From Methylorubrum extorquens (GTDB lineage Bacteria; Pseudomonadota; Alphaproteobacteria; Rhizobiales; Beijerinckiaceae), in the NCBI GenBank assembly GCA_900234795.1, contig LT962688.1:3900001-3932000 (forward strand): DNA of 32,000 nt. Direction: 5' to 3'. The notes under the pieces are model-generated. The model was not told where the DNA came from. It did not search any database and was given only the letters and a program-made list of their open reading frames with translations. This document shows positions 29,497 through 32,000 of the stretch, piece after piece. Each line of letters begins with the position of its first letter. Positions within the stretch are counted from its first letter, which is position 1. Both the position numbers and the translations under genes were made by a program.

Positions 29497-29565
29497 CGCC
29501 GAACCCTTCCCCCCTGATCGAATCGATCCGGCCGGCAGGCCGGCTCGGAGATCGGTAAGAAGAAA

Positions 29566-29592
29566 GGGCCGCCCGCGAGGGTGGCCCTTTTT
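29566..29592 (+). terminator. Rho-independent terminator
   Basis: GGGCCGCCC-GCGA-GGGTGGCCC forms a 9-bp stem with one G-U pair and a GNRA loop, followed by TTTTT and preceded by AGAAA. Confidence 0.7.
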
Positions 29593-29724
29593 CGTGCGCG
29601 GTTTCCGACCGGTGGCGCGTCACCCTGGAGCGCATTCCGACGAAGTGGCCGCCGGTTCGTCGGAATCCGCGTCAAAACAGGGACCGAGAGCCGCCGGCCT
29701 GATGCCATCCGGCCGGATACGGCT

Positions 29725-30711
29725 CTAGACCTTGCAGGCGAAAAAGCCTTCGCGGATCGCTTCCGGATCGAGGTTGCGGCCGATGAAGACGACGCGGGAG
29801 ACGCGCGGCTCGTCGGCGCCCCAATCCCCCTGGACGTCGCCGTCGAGGATCATGTGAACGCCCTGGAAAACGAAGCGCTTGGGCTCGTCGGGAAAGGCGA
29901 CGATGCCCTTGCAGCGCAGGATGTCCGGCCCCTGAACCTGGGTCAGGTTCGAGATCCAGGGCATGAACTTCTCCGGATCGACCGGGCCGCCGATCTTGGC
30001 GGAGACCGACTGCATCTGCTCGTCGTGGTGATGGTGGTGGCCCTCCTCCAGGAAGTCGGGCTCCACGTCGAGGATGCGCGCGAGGTCGAAGGCGTTGCGG
30101 TCGAGTACCTGATCGAGCGGGATCGCGCAGCGCTCGGTGCGATGGATCTTGGCCCAGGGGTTGATCGCGCGGATCTGGCCCTCGACCCGGTCGAGGTCTG
30201 CCCCTGAGACGAGGTCGGACTTGTTGAGCAGGATCACGTCGGCGAAGGCGATCTGGTTCTTGGCCTCGGGCGCGTCGGCGAGCCGGTCGGTGAGCCACTT
30301 GGCGTCGGCCACCGTCACCACCGCGTCGAGCCGGGCGGCCTCGCCGACATCCTGATCGACGAAGAAGGTCTGGGCCACGGGGGCCGGGTCGGCGAGCCCG
30401 GTGGTCTCGACGATGATCGCGTCGAACTTGCCGCGGCGCTTCACCAGCCCGTCCATGATGCGGATCAGGTCGCCGCGCACGGTGCAGCAGACGCAGCCGT
30501 TGTTCATCTCGAACACTTCCTCGTCGGCCCCGACCACGAGGTCGTTGTCGATGCCGATCTCGCCGAACTCGTTGACGATCACGGCGTAGCGCTTGCCGTG
30601 CTGTTCGGTGAGGATGCGGTTGAGCAGCGTCGTCTTACCGGCCCCGAGATAGCCGGTGAGCACGGTCACCGGGATTTTCTGGGAGGCGGCGAGGGGGGAA
30701 GCATCGGACAT
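29725..30711 (-). CDS. COG0523-family G3E GTPase metallochaperone (CobW/ZigA/YjiA-like), 328 aa
   Basis: Evidence includes the P-loop [12 protein letters not shown], the metal-binding GCVCCT (CxCC), NKSD, a His stretch [10 protein letters not shown] in the linker, and a CobW C-terminal domain. Confidence 0.9.
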   Translation of the reverse strand: MSDASPLAASQKIPVTVLTGYLGAGKTTLLNRILTEQHGKRYAVIVNEFGEIGIDNDLVVGADEEVFEMNNGCVCCTVRGDLIRIMDGLVKRRGKFDAIIVETTGLADPAPVAQTFFVDQDVGEAARLDAVVTVADAKWLTDRLADAPEAKNQIAFADVILLNKSDLVSGADLDRVEGQIRAINPWAKIHRTERCAIPLDQVLDRNAFDLARILDVEPDFLEEGHHHHHDEQMQSVSAKIGGPVDPEKFMPWISNLTQVQGPDILRCKGIVAFPDEPKRFVFQGVHMILDGDVQGDWGADEPRVSRVVFIGRNLDPEAIREGFFACKV

Positions 30712-30751
30712 GGAAGGCCTGGGTCGATTGCGCGGTGACGGAACGTCAGGC

Positions 30752-30768
30752 TGTTATATTGTATCAAC
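30752..30768. promoter_or_regulatory. Candidate Zur-type operator upstream of the COG0523 gene
   Basis: TGTTATATTGTATCAAC is an AT-rich imperfect dyad (GTTATA / TATCAAC) 41-57 nt upstream of the start codon. The half-site TGTTATA matches the generic Zur-box half-site as I remember it; the second half matches only 5 of 7. Confidence 0.28.
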
Positions 30769-30810
30769 GGGCGTCCATGAAAGACCGCTCCGTTGCAACG
30801 CTGCTTCTTG

Positions 30811-31398
30811 TCAGGCTCCGCCGTTCGTACGGACCGGCCGCAGCCCCTCGCTGAGGGCCGCCAGCGTCCGCCCGAACCCCTCCGTCCCGGCAAGGAACCG
30901 CTCCAGCAGCAGCGAACCCTCCAGCGTCGCCACGATCATCCGGGCATGGGCCTGCGGGTCGAGGCCGGCGCGGACGCTGCCGGAGATCTGACCCTCCTCG
31001 ATCACGCCGGCGAGCCAGGCGATGTGCTTCTCGAAGAAGGCGGTGATGGCGCGGCGCAGGGCCTCGGGCAGCGTCTCCAGCTCGACCGCGAGCGCCGCGC
31101 ACAGGCAGCCGAGCCCGCGCTCGACCCCGCCGAGATAGAGCCGGCCATAGGCCTCGATCCGGGCGACCCCGTCGGCGGTCTGGCCGGAGATGTCGTCGAG
31201 CGCCGCGTCGTAGCGCGCGTCGTAGGCCTCGATCAGCGCCTGGGCGAGCGCTTCCTTGGTGCGGAAATGGTGGTGGATGCTCGCCTTGCGGATGCCGACC
31301 GCTTCGGCGAGGTCGGCGTAGCTGAATCCGGAATAGCCCCGGCCGCGCACCAAAATCTCGGCCTCGCTGAGGAGCGATGCGCGCGTGTCTCTCATCAT
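30811..31398 (-). CDS. TetR/AcrR-family transcriptional regulator (195 aa)
   Basis: The N-terminal HTH reads LLSEAEILVRGRGYSGFSYADLAEAVGIRKASIHHHFRTKEAL, followed by a helical C-terminal ligand domain. Confidence 0.85.
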   Translation of the reverse strand: MMRDTRASLLSEAEILVRGRGYSGFSYADLAEAVGIRKASIHHHFRTKEALAQALIEAYDARYDAALDDISGQTADGVARIEAYGRLYLGGVERGLGCLCAALAVELETLPEALRRAITAFFEKHIAWLAGVIEEGQISGSVRAGLDPQAHARMIVATLEGSLLLERFLAGTEGFGRTLAALSEGLRPVRTNGGA

Positions 31399-31462
31399 CC
31401 ATCCGTTCGTATCGGGCCGATCACGTGCTCGCGACGGCTCCGCCCGTTCGCGATGGTGGCAC

Positions 31463-31492
31463 TTGACGGCTCAAAAATCTACCTACTAGATG
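31463..31492 (+). promoter_or_regulatory. Possible sigma70-type promoter and TetR operator region for the divergent MBL gene
   Basis: TTGACG (31463-31468), a 17-18 nt spacer, then CTAGAT/TAGATG. The spacer holds the dyad ATCTA-N5-TAGAT (31477-31491). This is the only AT-rich patch in the tetR-MBL gap. Confidence 0.3.
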
Positions 31493-31580
31493 GGTTGCAC
31501 TATATCGATAAATTCACCGGGAGGAAGCGGTCGATGGCGGCACGGATGTGCCCAGGTGACGAGGCCGGCGGAGGCGGGTG

Positions 31581-32000
31581 TTGAGCGCCCCCGTCACACG
31601 TCGCGCGGCTCTGTTCGGCGGGTTCTGCCTGTGCTGCCTGCCGCGGGCGGGCTTTGCCGTCGATGCCATGACGATGGAGGAGGTCGCACCCGGCACCTTC
31701 ATCCGGCGCGGGCCCGATGCCGAGGCGACGCCGGAGAACGCCGACGGTATCGCCAATATCGGTTTCATCATCGGGCGGGACGGGGTGCTCGTCACCGAAT
31801 CCGGCGGCAGCCTCGCCGACGGGCAGTGGCTGCGCCGGGAGATCGCCCGGCGCACCGACAAGCCGGTCCGCTACGTGATGCTCACCCACGTGCATCCCGA
31901 TCATGTCTTCGGCGCTGCCGCCTTCCGCGGCGACAACCCGACCTTCGTCGGACATGCCGGTCTGCGCGGCGCCCTCGATGCGCGGGGCGCGTTCTACCGC
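31581..32000 (+). CDS. Tat/Sec-exported MBL-fold metallo-hydrolase, 5' partial (140 codons, continues past the window)
   Basis: It is not in the ORF track because it is open-ended. TTG 31581 lies 6 nt after GGAGG. The translation reads LSAPVTRRAALFGGFCLCCLPRAGFA...IANIGFIIGRDGVLVTESGGS...VRYVMLTHVHPDHVFGAAAF, containing the HxHxDH zinc motif. Confidence 0.72.
   Translation, partial: MSAPVTRRAALFGGFCLCCLPRAGFAVDAMTMEEVAPGTFIRRGPDAEATPENADGIANIGFIIGRDGVLVTESGGSLADGQWLRREIARRTDKPVRYVMLTHVHPDHVFGAAAFRGDNPTFVGHAGLRGALDARGAFYR

Noticed and set aside
29355-29558. 67-aa ORF from the track (MSISIGYEWRISTD...)
   Set aside because: It has poor third-position GC and no RBS. It overlaps the better-supported 33-codon frame and runs into the terminator region.

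Overview
High-GC (roughly 68-70%) alphaproteobacterial chromosome. From memory of the protein sequences it is a Methylorubrum/Methylobacterium extorquens-type genome. The left 12 kb is the classic serine-cycle (qsc) methylotrophy island, with eight co-oriented minus-strand genes in the order sgaA-hprA-mtdA-fch-mtkA-mtkB-ppcA-mclA. The island shows two anomalies. sgaA is interrupted by a single extra base in a homopolymer run, so 1210 nt span the locus instead of 1209. Two copies of a ~108-bp imperfect palindromic MITE/REP-like element sit in the two largest intergenic gaps of the cluster. The remaining 20 kb holds housekeeping and envelope-type genes: an LpxH-like phosphoesterase with a GT4 glycosyltransferase, rnhB, a DUF1134/EipA-like periplasmic protein, lysA, and the ycjX-ycjF pair. 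It also holds an O-antigen-ligase-like membrane protein translationally coupled (GTGA) to a 1125-aa GAF-PAS hybrid histidine kinase, several small secreted proteins, and an ORF-track-invisible 33-codon hydrophobic peptide gene. The right end carries a His-rich COG0523 metallochaperone GTPase with a possible Zur-type operator, a TetR regulator and a partial Tat-exported MBL hydrolase. I found no rRNA, tRNA, CRISPR array, transposase, integrase or recognisable defence system. The best candidates for undescribed biology are modest: the palindromic elements inside the serine-cycle operons, the Wzy_C-like/hybrid-kinase coupling, and the small secreted and membrane peptide genes near 29-29.5 kb. All family assignments come from reading the translations, not from searches.
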